Virus record (IMG/VR): IMGVR_UViG_3300006917_000001
Source of the DNA: an uncultured virus (IMG/VR IMGVR_UViG_3300006917_000001)
Lineage: Duplodnaviria > Heunggongvirae > Uroviricota > Caudoviricetes
Length of the DNA: 64,000 nt
Direction: 5' to 3' (one strand)
Shown: positions 1 through 7,744 of the stretch, piece after piece
How positions within the stretch are numbered: position 1 is the stretch's first letter
Layout of the letters: every line of letters begins with the position of its first letter
The notes under the pieces: generated by a model
The model's database searches: none
Told to the model about the DNA's origin: nothing
Seen by the model: the letters and a program-made list of their open reading frames with translations, nothing else
Translations under genes and position numbers: made by a program

Positions 1-144
1 AGTGGCAGCACGTACAGAACAACTTCCAGTAGCCGAAAACGTAGGGGGAGTATGAGTCGCAGAACCAGAACAAGTGGCAGCACGTACAGAACAACTTCCA
101 GTAGCCGAAAACGTAGGGGGAGTGTGCGTTGCAGAACCAGAACA
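1..144. repeat. 72-bp tandem repeat (at least 2 copies) encoding CSGSATHTPPTFSATGSCSVRAAT
   Basis: 1-72 and 73-144 are near identical; the array probably continues beyond the window. Confidence 0.9.
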
Positions 145-1041
145 CGTAGCCGCCCCAACAGTAACGGCTGCTGTGCCGGAAGCAGAAGAAGCAGAAGGTT
201 TTGGAAATGGACGCGAATACCTTGGTGTCCGAAATAAATCAAACCGAGTCTGCGGATCGTAAATCGCCATGACCTCTGGGGCAGAGATCGCCCGGCGATA
301 CATCCGAAGATCGAAAATATGACCTTGCCAGAAATTGCCGTAAGAAACACCAGATTTATCCGCACCCGCAACAATAAAGGCTCCGGTACTCAGATCAGGG
401 TCACTGCTCTGTGTGTTTTGACCATGGAAGATTCCATTCACGTAAATACGTCTGTCGGTAGTGCTATGCCACACACCACAGATATGAGTCCATTTAGACG
501 TTGGAACTGATCCATTAGCCGAACTTACTGATCGAAAGACGTTATTGTTGACTGTGTTGATACTCGCTAGTCCGCTGTCTTTGTCTGCCCACAGATAGTG
601 GGCATACCATGATCCACCGTTGTCACGACCCATCCACCAAACAACACCGTTCGCGGTTCCCCAAGGACGAATCCAAATGGATACTGAGAATGGCGGAGCA
701 ACCGGGAATGGCTGGGGACCGTTTTGACCTCCAGTAGCACTGCCTCCCGAATAGGTCAAGCCGGTCATGTAAACGCCAGAACCGTCAAAGAATGGAGCAG
801 CGAACGGAAACGCGGAGCCAAACGGACCGCTTACATGGCTGGCGTCAGGATAGGAGCGACCAGAACCATTGAGATTAGCAGTCTTGAACCCAGATACATA
901 CTCCCTAACAACACCGCTTCCCGTTCCGTGCGGGTGAGCCCCTGGATACCACTGGCACAGACCGAAAGCCTGAAGGCTGTCACGATTGATCGTGATCGGC
1001 CCATCAATAGGTAATCCGTAATTTGGTCCGTAGAGTGGCAT
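1..1041 (-). CDS. LamG/concanavalin-like jelly-roll virion protein with C-terminal 24-aa repeats (3' partial, runs off window start)
   Basis: Not in the ORF track; manual translation from ATG 1041 (TAATG overlap with upstream gene) gives MPLYGPNYG...FSVSIWIRP...WTHICGVW...RIYVNG...GHIFDLRMYRRAIS, open to position 1. Confidence 0.75.
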   Translation of the reverse strand, partial: MPLYGPNYGLPIDGPITINRDSLQAFGLCQWYPGAHPHGTGSGVVREYVSGFKTANLNGSGRSYPDASHVSGPFGSAFPFAAPFFDGSGVYMTGLTYSGGSATGGQNGPQPFPVAPPFSVSIWIRPWGTANGVVWWMGRDNGGSWYAHYLWADKDSGLASINTVNNNVFRSVSSANGSVPTSKWTHICGVWHSTTDRRIYVNGIFHGQNTQSSDPDLSTGAFIVAGADKSGVSYGNFWQGHIFDLRMYRRAISAPEVMAIYDPQTRFDLFRTPRYSRPFPKPSASSASGTAAVTVGAATCSGSATHTPPTFSATGSCSVRAATCSGSATHTPPTFSATGSCSVRAAT

Positions 1042-1499
1042 TAAGCGTAAGCATCCGTCTTAGGTTTACACTTAAGAGTCCAACCTAAACTCAACGTGGC
1101 ATTCGTTTTGTTTTCCACAAAGAATTGGCAATTCTCTGTAATCGGCACGTTGGGGCAGGAAAAGTACCCACTGGAGGCTGCCGTATAAGGGGGAATAGAA
1201 ATCACCCCCACGAGTGCAGAAGAGTAAGCCGGGGCAGCCGTTTGAGGTGTCGGGGCATCATTTGTTCCATCAATGTCCAAATCTCGTCTGTAAATGTTCA
1301 AAAAATTGGACAGGCTAGAAATGGAACCCCCGAACGTCCCATACAAGGCAACATCCACCACTGGATAATTGAAGTGGTTCGAGGAGGCCAATGCCGTTGC
1401 AATATCAGCCGTCCCAGACATGGAGCCGGCTGCAACACTGGCCCCATTGGAAACCATTGTCATTTGGGTACTGGAGGCGATTGTTCGGTACGTGGGCAT
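1041..1499 (-). CDS. hypothetical virion-associated protein
   Basis: 152-aa ORF, beta-rich composition, coupled to the LamG gene. Confidence 0.6.
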   Translation of the reverse strand: MPTYRTIASSTQMTMVSNGASVAAGSMSGTADIATALASSNHFNYPVVDVALYGTFGGSISSLSNFLNIYRRDLDIDGTNDAPTPQTAAPAYSSALVGVISIPPYTAASSGYFSCPNVPITENCQFFVENKTNATLSLGWTLKCKPKTDAYA

Positions 1500-2233
1500 T
1501 TCGCTTTATCCTCCCAAGATTTGGCTAACTGAATCATGGTGTCCCAACGGTACTCAAACTGACCGAGGTGTCCCACCATCTTACTAGCATCGTGATCCAC
1601 AAGACATGGAAACCCTGCTTTCCTGGCCCGACCGAAAAATGGATTGTCTTCCGTTGTGTAAGTATCCAGTTCCGGCACATATTCTGGCAAAAACCACGGT
1701 TTCTGGGTGTTACGGAATACTCGTGTTTCGATCAAACACAACCCAAAGCCGATATAGGCGACCTCTTGTAAACCGTAAGAATTTGGCGTTGTTGGTACTC
1801 TTTTGGAGCCATCCAAACTTACAGCAATGAAATCAATGGGGAGCTGCTTAAACGTATAGTTCACCCCCACAATCGGCTGTCTCCGCCCCAATAACAAATC
1901 CACCGCTTGAGGTTCAAATGTCATGTCGTCATCAATGAACAAAATATGGGTGCAATCCGTTTGGAGCGCCTCCAAAGCCCCTTGTTCCATGAGGTGTCGA
2001 TTTGGAAGGCAAGGCTTCCCATAGGTAGCACAAGAAGACAACGCCTCCCGATTAGAATGGATCACCGAAGATTGTTGGAGTTGAAGGGAAAGCCCAATCG
2101 CTGCCGGCTGTCTGGTACGGCAACCTCCCCCAGCGAAATAGGCGATGAGGGAAGCAATAGAAAACGTAGTCCTTCCCTCCACCCGCCCCGATGTTGGAAT
2201 GCCAATCAAAATCTTAAGTTCTTCTACAACCAT
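1460..2233 (-). CDS. GT-A fold (GT2-like) glycosyltransferase
   Basis: ILIGIPT N-terminus, THILFIDDDM DxD motif, IGFGLCLI, TEDNPF, DHDAS-GHLG. Confidence 0.8.
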   Translation of the reverse strand: MVVEELKILIGIPTSGRVEGRTTFSIASLIAYFAGGGCRTRQPAAIGLSLQLQQSSVIHSNREALSSCATYGKPCLPNRHLMEQGALEALQTDCTHILFIDDDMTFEPQAVDLLLGRRQPIVGVNYTFKQLPIDFIAVSLDGSKRVPTTPNSYGLQEVAYIGFGLCLIETRVFRNTQKPWFLPEYVPELDTYTTEDNPFFGRARKAGFPCLVDHDASKMVGHLGQFEYRWDTMIQLAKSWEDKAKCPRTEQSPPVPK

Positions 2234-2259
2234 TTCCCACCCACCTTTTCCTACTTACC

Positions 2260-2772
2260 TTAGGCCATAATTTCACAAACGTCCGACGCCGAAAGAATAC
2301 CCTCCCAAGACAAAGAGGCTGGCGTTGGTTTGGACCCGTCACCACTTGCCGTGGAGGCCAGCAACTTTTCTGCAATAGAAGCTTGTCGTCGCATCACGTT
2401 GCGACAATGAGCTTTGTGAGCCGTATCCTTCGCGGTGGAACCCGTAAAAACCACGGCAAAAGCTCCTGGAATGTTTTCTTTGCTGGGGTCAATAGACCCC
2501 GAAGAAAATAACTCATCCCAGACTTTCATTTGCTGCAAAGAACAGGCAGCAAAAACCGTCCAGTCCCACAAGGTACCATCACCACTGCGGATAGAATAAA
2601 TTTCCTGCTTTGTCACGCTCCTGCGAAAAACCCAAAGAGCTGGACTAGCAGGAGCGTTAAGACTATCAGCAATGGCTTGGTGTCTTCCTGCCGCGTGATG
2701 CCCGGCCAACGTAGGGTCCGCCAAGACAAAAGTCTTGAGGGTCTGTTTTTGGAGGGGAGTGCCTTCCCACAT
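2260..2772 (-). CDS. hypothetical protein
   Basis: 170-aa ORF in operon, TAATG coupling. Confidence 0.65.
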   Translation of the reverse strand: MWEGTPLQKQTLKTFVLADPTLAGHHAAGRHQAIADSLNAPASPALWVFRRSVTKQEIYSIRSGDGTLWDWTVFAACSLQQMKVWDELFSSGSIDPSKENIPGAFAVVFTGSTAKDTAHKAHCRNVMRRQASIAEKLLASTASGDGSKPTPASLSWEGILSASDVCEIMA

Positions 2773-3221
2773 TACCGAATTTCCTTATCCTTGGTAACAG
2801 GTTCGCGGTCGCCGTTCAGCTCCCAAACAAACCACAAGAGGTGGAACAAAGCATTCTTCAAATCACCCGGAGGCAACACTTGGAACAAGCCTGTTCCAGT
2901 ATTGTTCGCACACAAATTCAGCTCACTCTCCCAAGGAATGGCATCCCACAACTGGCGTCGCAGGTCATCCGTAAGCTCCCGAGACTCGGCTTCCAAGCCA
3001 GATGGCCCCCGAACCCGAAACTTAGAGCCTTTGGACTCCGGCAAATCCCACCACAACCGAACGCAAGTAAACAGCTTTTGAGCCATTTCTTGAAGTTGAG
3101 GGTCTTCAATGCCTTCCAAAGTTTTCTTGTACTTTTCCAGCAACTCGTCTGTAAGTGGAGGGGCAAAACAAGCCACCGTATGATCTTGATTTCGTGCCCC
3201 CAACTTGATTTCCGTCGCCAT
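2772..3221 (-). CDS. hypothetical protein
   Basis: Start re-assigned to MATEIK (SD-like AAGGGG upstream). Confidence 0.6.
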   Translation of the reverse strand: MATEIKLGARNQDHTVACFAPPLTDELLEKYKKTLEGIEDPQLQEMAQKLFTCVRLWWDLPESKGSKFRVRGPSGLEAESRELTDDLRRQLWDAIPWESELNLCANNTGTGLFQVLPPGDLKNALFHLLWFVWELNGDREPVTKDKEIR

Positions 3222-3240
3222 AAGATAAACCCCTTTCTTC

Positions 3241-3648
3241 TTAGCTAATTGGAACGGTAACCGTAAACGAACCAATGGCGATCGTGCCACCAGCCACAAT
3301 CACGGAGTTGTTGAATGAAAGATCCCCACTCCCCTGACCACAGGAACCATCCGCGACCACGGTTCCATCACTGTCCACCAAGGTAAAGCTCAGTGCCGTT
3401 CCACTGGCGTCCGCCGAGGTGTCGCTGGTAATCGCACTCGCCGTGGCAACACCCGTGGCAGCATCCCCAAAGGCTGGATCACTGCTGAAGGGACACGTAC
3501 CCAACAGATTCCCGTAAGCCCCTCCCACGCTCCCCGGCTGGGACCCATCATAGACCTTGACACTACCCGCCGCTGCCCCAGCGTCAATGAGGTCCACAAT
3601 CCCATTACAAGCAGCATTTCTAGCCGCCGTAGAAAGTCTTAAAGCCAT
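3241..3648 (-). CDS. small virion structural protein
   Basis: MALRLSTAARNAACNGIVDL...VKVYDGSQP... G/A/S/T-rich type common in phage tail regions. Confidence 0.6.
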   Translation of the reverse strand: MALRLSTAARNAACNGIVDLIDAGAAAGSVKVYDGSQPGSVGGAYGNLLGTCPFSSDPAFGDAATGVATASAITSDTSADASGTALSFTLVDSDGTVVADGSCGQGSGDLSFNNSVIVAGGTIAIGSFTVTVPIS

Positions 3649-3649
3649 A

Positions 3650-4015
3650 TCAGTTTCCTTTTAACCCCGCGATTAAAACTTCCAACCTTTGGAGTTGGAC
3701 AAGAATTTGCGTTTGCTGGTCCCGAACCTCTTCAGCTCGCTTTTCCAAAACCTCCACTCGTTTCTTCCACTCAATAGAAGGGAGTTCGCTAATTCTGGCG
3801 TCAATAGACTTGAAGGCCACCGCTGCTTCCGTTTTCGTAAAACCCTCGCTCTGTCGAAACGCTCGGTTTTCCACGGCCTCAATAGAGACCCAACCTAAGA
3901 CCCCAGTAAGACTCCCGGCCAAAACCGGAAGCGACCATCGCATAAACCGTAACAGAACTCCATCTACCGCTTTACTAACAGAATCAGAGTTTTCCAATTC
4001 TTGTTGCGGTTTCAT
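3650..4015 (-). CDS. single-TM plus coiled-coil membrane protein (holin/antiholin-like)
   Basis: Hydrophobic WSLPVLAGSLTGVLGWV followed by a heptad-rich C-terminus. Confidence 0.55.
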   Translation of the reverse strand: MKPQQELENSDSVSKAVDGVLLRFMRWSLPVLAGSLTGVLGWVSIEAVENRAFRQSEGFTKTEAAVAFKSIDARISELPSIEWKKRVEVLEKRAEEVRDQQTQILVQLQRLEVLIAGLKGN

Positions 4016-4057
4016 TTCTGCCCTCTACTTTCTCGTTCATGGTGTGAAACAAGCAAA

Positions 4058-4336
4058 CTAGTCTACGAAATTGTTGGATTGGTCCTTCGAATCTTCTGGG
4101 TATTGAGTGGTACCAACAACTGTAACAGAAATAGACTCTAGTTTCTTGCAATCCTTTTTCGTCACACCCCAAATCAACTCTACTGCTCGAGGGCACATAT
4201 TGTTGAAAGCTATTGGATCTCCTGGAACAGGGTAAGCATCCTGGGTTTCCGTATCGCCTACAAAAACAATCAATGGCTTGTGTGCCGTGAGCAACCACAA
4301 GCCATTGGTTCTTCGCGTTAAATACCCGCGGATCAT
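4058..4336 (-). CDS. hypothetical protein
   Basis: ATGA-coupled 92-aa ORF. Confidence 0.55.
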   Translation of the reverse strand: MIRGYLTRRTNGLWLLTAHKPLIVFVGDTETQDAYPVPGDPIAFNNMCPRAVELIWGVTKKDCKKLESISVTVVGTTQYPEDSKDQSNNFVD

Positions 4337-4539
4337 TTGCCCTTGCTGGCCTTCAGTTCAATGGCTTTCTTTCCCAAGCCCACGAGAGCCATGGAAATTG
4401 CCTCTTCAATGGCCACAACATCAGGATATTCCAACCCACGGTAGTGGCTCGTCATGGTAGCCCCTACAGAGCCGTCCGGCTTAATAACCTCCATGGTAAG
4501 CTTCAGCTCCATTCGTTCTTCTTTTGGTTCTACTGGCAT
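4333..4539 (-). CDS. hypothetical protein
   Basis: Start MPVEPK after AGGAG SD. Confidence 0.55.
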   Translation of the reverse strand: MPVEPKEERMELKLTMEVIKPDGSVGATMTSHYRGLEYPDVVAIEEAISMALVGLGKKAIELKASKGK

Positions 4540-4543
4540 TTTC

Positions 4544-4966
4544 TTAATCTCCTTCTTTCTTCTTAGTGGCGGCTCCGGCCTCCACCATACGTGAACTCGT
4601 GTCCTTCCCATCGACGACCAACCTACCTAAGAGTCGTCCAAATGTAATGGATTGGCTTAAGTTTGAATGAATTGGAATGGTGAGTTGTCCGTTCTTACCA
4701 GCAACAAACTCTTCCAATTTCTTTTTAGACTTTAGGCCATCCTCTTTTTCTTCGCCCGTAATTTCTGGAGCCCAGCAATCAAGTAGCCGGACACTGACCC
4801 GCACCGTTACATCCACTGTAACAGTATCCCCGTCGTGAACCGAGACTACTCGGCAAGGAAGAATGATAAACCCTTGAGCGGTACTTCCATCTTGGGCAAA
4901 TACGTAGGCAAGAAAACACAACACAAAGAAACAAGACAACATGGAGGAGGCTACTGCGGACTTCAT
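4544..4966 (-). CDS. secreted staphylococcal-nuclease (thermonuclease/SNase) family protein
   Basis: Signal peptide ending VFA-Q; VVSVHDGDTV, VRLLDCWAPE, FGRLLG motifs. Confidence 0.85.
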   Translation of the reverse strand: MKSAVASSMLSCFFVLCFLAYVFAQDGSTAQGFIILPCRVVSVHDGDTVTVDVTVRVSVRLLDCWAPEITGEEKEDGLKSKKKLEEFVAGKNGQLTIPIHSNLSQSITFGRLLGRLVVDGKDTSSRMVEAGAATKKKEGD

Positions 4967-4983
4967 TAAAACACCAACTTTGT

Positions 4984-5060
4984 AAAAAGAAGCCCCTGGG
5001 GTGGCAGGTTGAAGGCAAATCAACTGTCGCACGGGCTGGGATGCGACCCCCAGGGGCTCC
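4984..5060 (-). terminator. branched (three-way junction) hairpin with U-tract
   Basis: Outer stem GGAGCCCCTGGGG/CCCCAGGGGCTTC encloses two hairpins, followed by TTTTT. Confidence 0.55.
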
Positions 5061-5066
5061 GGGTTT

Positions 5067-5582
5067 TCAGGGGTTCGGAATAGGGGGCATCAACCCAGTA
5101 CCACCCACAAAATCGGGTCTCTCCTCAACAACCGGCTGAGGAGCTGGCTTCGTTGCCAAGTAAGTAGCCAATCCTGCGGCTGGTCCTCCTAAAGCTAATC
5201 CAGCTCCGACCAACCCTACTTTCGCTAAAGTAGACAATCCAGAACCTTGCGTTCCAACCCCTGACGGAGACGATAATGGGGCGGGTGGTTGCTGGTAATA
5301 ATGAATCTCATCCCCTACACGAATACCCATAGCGTCCCCTTCTTCTGTTAGGGAACTCGAACTGTTGGGGTCAGTCATACCCAGCATACTCGCCTGATGA
5401 TTTTTGGTCTGTTCCCGTTGGGACTTCAGTAGCTCCTGGGCGTCCTGAAGCATCATGGCCTCGTGCGCTTGCCGAATTCCCATCCACCTCTCCAGTGCCT
5501 TTTCCGTGTTGCTTTTCAAATTCGGCAACTGCGGCAGAGACTCGTTGGGCGGTGTCGTGGAGGTGTTTTCTGAAGCTACCAT
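5067..5582 (-). CDS. membrane-anchored hypothetical protein
   Basis: C-terminal Gly/Ala-rich TM segment and Pro-rich linkers; start uncertain. Confidence 0.55.
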   Translation of the reverse strand: MVASENTSTTPPNESLPQLPNLKSNTEKALERWMGIRQAHEAMMLQDAQELLKSQREQTKNHQASMLGMTDPNSSSSLTEEGDAMGIRVGDEIHYYQQPPAPLSSPSGVGTQGSGLSTLAKVGLVGAGLALGGPAAGLATYLATKPAPQPVVEERPDFVGGTGLMPPIPNP

Positions 5583-5685
5583 TTTTGAAAGCCCTTCTTA
5601 GGTCTTGCTGCCGGGAGGCCGCTAGATCGGATTGATTAGCGGCCTCCCGAAGTGCAGCGAGCCGGGCTTCGTTAGAACTAGTCAC
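5371..5685 (-). CDS. hypothetical helical protein overlapping the downstream gene
   Basis: GTG start after GAGGGG; first ~60 aa look helical; long overlap lowers confidence. Confidence 0.35.
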   Translation of the reverse strand: MTSSNEARLAALREAANQSDLAASRQQDLRRAFKNGSFRKHLHDTAQRVSAAVAEFEKQHGKGTGEVDGNSASARGHDASGRPGATEVPTGTDQKSSGEYAGYD

Positions 5686-5702
5686 ACGAAACCCCTCAAA
5701 AA

Positions 5703-5924
5703 TTACTTCCCGTCCGGCGAACCGTATTGGGGATGAGGGCCTTGGATGTATCGCACACCCAAGCCCTCAGTCAAAGAAACATTCGACTTACCTTCCAGGT
5801 AGTCGTACCGAAGGTTCTCCGCATAATGCGCAGCACCGTCGGCTTGCCGCTGAGCTCCATTCATTGCATGGATCTTCAGCATTCCGTAATCTTCCGGTCC
5901 CATTTGTAGGACTCCTTCGATCAC
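5703..5924 (-). CDS. hypothetical protein
   Basis: 73-aa ORF in operon. Confidence 0.55.
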   Translation of the reverse strand: MIEGVLQMGPEDYGMLKIHAMNGAQRQADGAAHYAENLRYDYLEGKSNVSLTEGLGVRYIQGPHPQYGSPDGK

Positions 5925-5960
5925 TCACCTACTATTCACCCAACCCTGCGAAAACAGCGT

Positions 5961-7166
5961 TTACCGAGGCGAAGTAGTGTATTGTTGACCCCTGATATCC
6001 TGAAGCCGAATTGGCCCTGGATAGGGGTAATATTGCTCACCCACCAATTGTCCATAAACGTCATACCGCTGAACGTGAATTGGTGGAAGTTTTTTAAGGA
6101 TCGCGGCAGCAATGGCATCCATATCAATCACCGCGTCTTTGCCGGCTGGCCCCCGTTCCCCTGCTGGTCCGGCTGGACCTTTTTCTCCGGCTGGTCCGGC
6201 TGGTCCCTTAAAACGTGGATCACTCGCCAATTTCTCCACCAACTGTCCCACCAGTTTCTCGGTATCCAATGCCGGAGCTGGTGGCTGAGCCACTGGAGGA
6301 GTTACTGGAGGCTGTTGAGGCACAAGAGGAGGCGGCTGAGTTACTGGAGGCTGTTGGGGAGCCTGAATGGGGCTCCCAGGGGTTCCAATGGGGACAACAG
6401 GAGACCCCGGAGCACTTGGAGGAGGTACCTGAGAAATAGGCGATTTAGGAGGCATCATGCCCCCGTAGTCCCCACCACCATAAGACGGCTGGGACGGCCC
6501 GCAAAACCCACCAAAACAACCCCCACCACGACTAAAAATCTGGCGGGCTTGGGGGTCCACCTCAATAAACTCTGTAACCCATTTTTGAGCAAGGCTACGA
6601 ACAAAGCTTACGGGAGTGGAAGCACTTTCCTTACGACTACCACCTCCCCAGTTCACGGCAGTTAGACGACCCTGCTCATCAAACAACCCACTGCCAGAGT
6701 CACCACTAATAGACTCCACACTAGAATCCCACACTGGCACACCGGGAGCCCGATGGCCACTGATTTTCATGAACTTCCCTGTTCCTTGTTTTAGTACAGA
6801 ATCCCCACCATACCCAAACAAGAAACATGGCTTCGCCGGCTGAGGGTCTTCTCCCAATTCCACCCATTCCACGTCTCCTTGTGGAATGTAGATCAAGGCT
6901 AGATCCGCTTGGGTGTCTCGGCTTACAACGTACCCTTCCCACCGCTTGCCCAAGAGTGGATGCAAAACTTCAGCCCGGCTGGCTCGGCCCACCACATGAG
7001 CATTTGTCACAACAGCCCATTTAGAAATGCCCGTGGAACTGCCCCCACTTCGCCCACCACCACCAGAATTAACCCATACTCGGTAACTGGCTCGGGCTGG
7101 ATGGGATTGTGCTTGGGCTACAGCCGAAAAAACAAACAACAAGCCAAGAAGGAACAAACGGTTCAT
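5961..7166 (-). CDS. secreted trypsin-like serine protease with Pro-rich linker and short collagen (Gly-X-Y) repeat
   Basis: Signal peptide MNRLFLLGLLFVFSAVAQA; catalytic motifs TNAHV, DLAL, GDSGSG; GPAGPAGEKGPAGPAGERGPAG; ATGA coupling fixes the start at 7166. Confidence 0.85.
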   Translation of the reverse strand: MNRLFLLGLLFVFSAVAQAQSHPARASYRVWVNSGGGGRSGGSSTGISKWAVVTNAHVVGRASRAEVLHPLLGKRWEGYVVSRDTQADLALIYIPQGDVEWVELGEDPQPAKPCFLFGYGGDSVLKQGTGKFMKISGHRAPGVPVWDSSVESISGDSGSGLFDEQGRLTAVNWGGGSRKESASTPVSFVRSLAQKWVTEFIEVDPQARQIFSRGGGCFGGFCGPSQPSYGGGDYGGMMPPKSPISQVPPPSAPGSPVVPIGTPGSPIQAPQQPPVTQPPPLVPQQPPVTPPVAQPPAPALDTEKLVGQLVEKLASDPRFKGPAGPAGEKGPAGPAGERGPAGKDAVIDMDAIAAAILKKLPPIHVQRYDVYGQLVGEQYYPYPGPIRLQDIRGQQYTTSPR

Positions 7167-7429
7167 CGAAAAATCCCCAAGGGGTCCAACACCTTTTTCC
7201 ATGGAGGCGTTGTGTCCACCAACACAGAGGCTCCCTCCAATGGAACCACTTGAACAACTCGACCACGAAATCGGTTTTCTCCAAACCAAGCCGGCTTCAA
7301 AAGAAGCACCGATTTCCCAGGGATACCTAGAGGAGGCTGCATAGGAGGCGGTGGAGCCTGAATTGGAGATTGGGCTCGTACGCTTCCCACCAACACCAAC
7401 ACACAGAGCAAACAAATCAAGTTCTTCAT
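7163..7429 (-). CDS. small secreted protein
   Basis: Signal peptide ending VRA-Q; Pro-rich. Confidence 0.6.
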   Translation of the reverse strand: MKNLICLLCVLVLVGSVRAQSPIQAPPPPMQPPLGIPGKSVLLLKPAWFGENRFRGRVVQVVPLEGASVLVDTTPPWKKVLDPLGIFR

Positions 7430-7431
7430 CG

Positions 7432-7695
7432 CTATCTCCTTGCGCCAAACTTTGCAAGCCCTCGACTTCCCGTGTACCCGAGAGTCGAAAGGACCATTAA
7501 CGCCAATGCGATAAGACGCATATGACGATCACTTTCCACCAAGCCACTGACGTAGAGGGCACAAAGAAAATTCGTTAAAAGAGTGAGCCACCACTCTGTC
7601 GTCTTGTACCCGGGACCAGACCCATTAGAGGAAGACACCTCTGCCTCTAATGCAGTGGAATCTAGAACCTCTGGAGTTTGATTAGACTCTGCCAT
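7432..7695 (-). CDS. two-TM holin-like protein
   Basis: GYKTTEWWLT motif, two hydrophobic helices, basic C-terminus (SRGLAKFGARR). Confidence 0.6.
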   Translation of the reverse strand: MAESNQTPEVLDSTALEAEVSSSNGSGPGYKTTEWWLTLLTNFLCALYVSGLVESDRHMRLIALALMVLSTLGYTGSRGLAKFGARR

Positions 7696-7744
7696 AAACA
7701 GCCAACCCTCCATATACGCCAAAACTTATGTTAGGGATTCCAAG

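Noticed and set aside
7167..7457. Upstream extension of the protease ORF
   Set aside because: It overlaps a better signal-peptide gene; ATGA coupling and the signal peptide place the start at 7166
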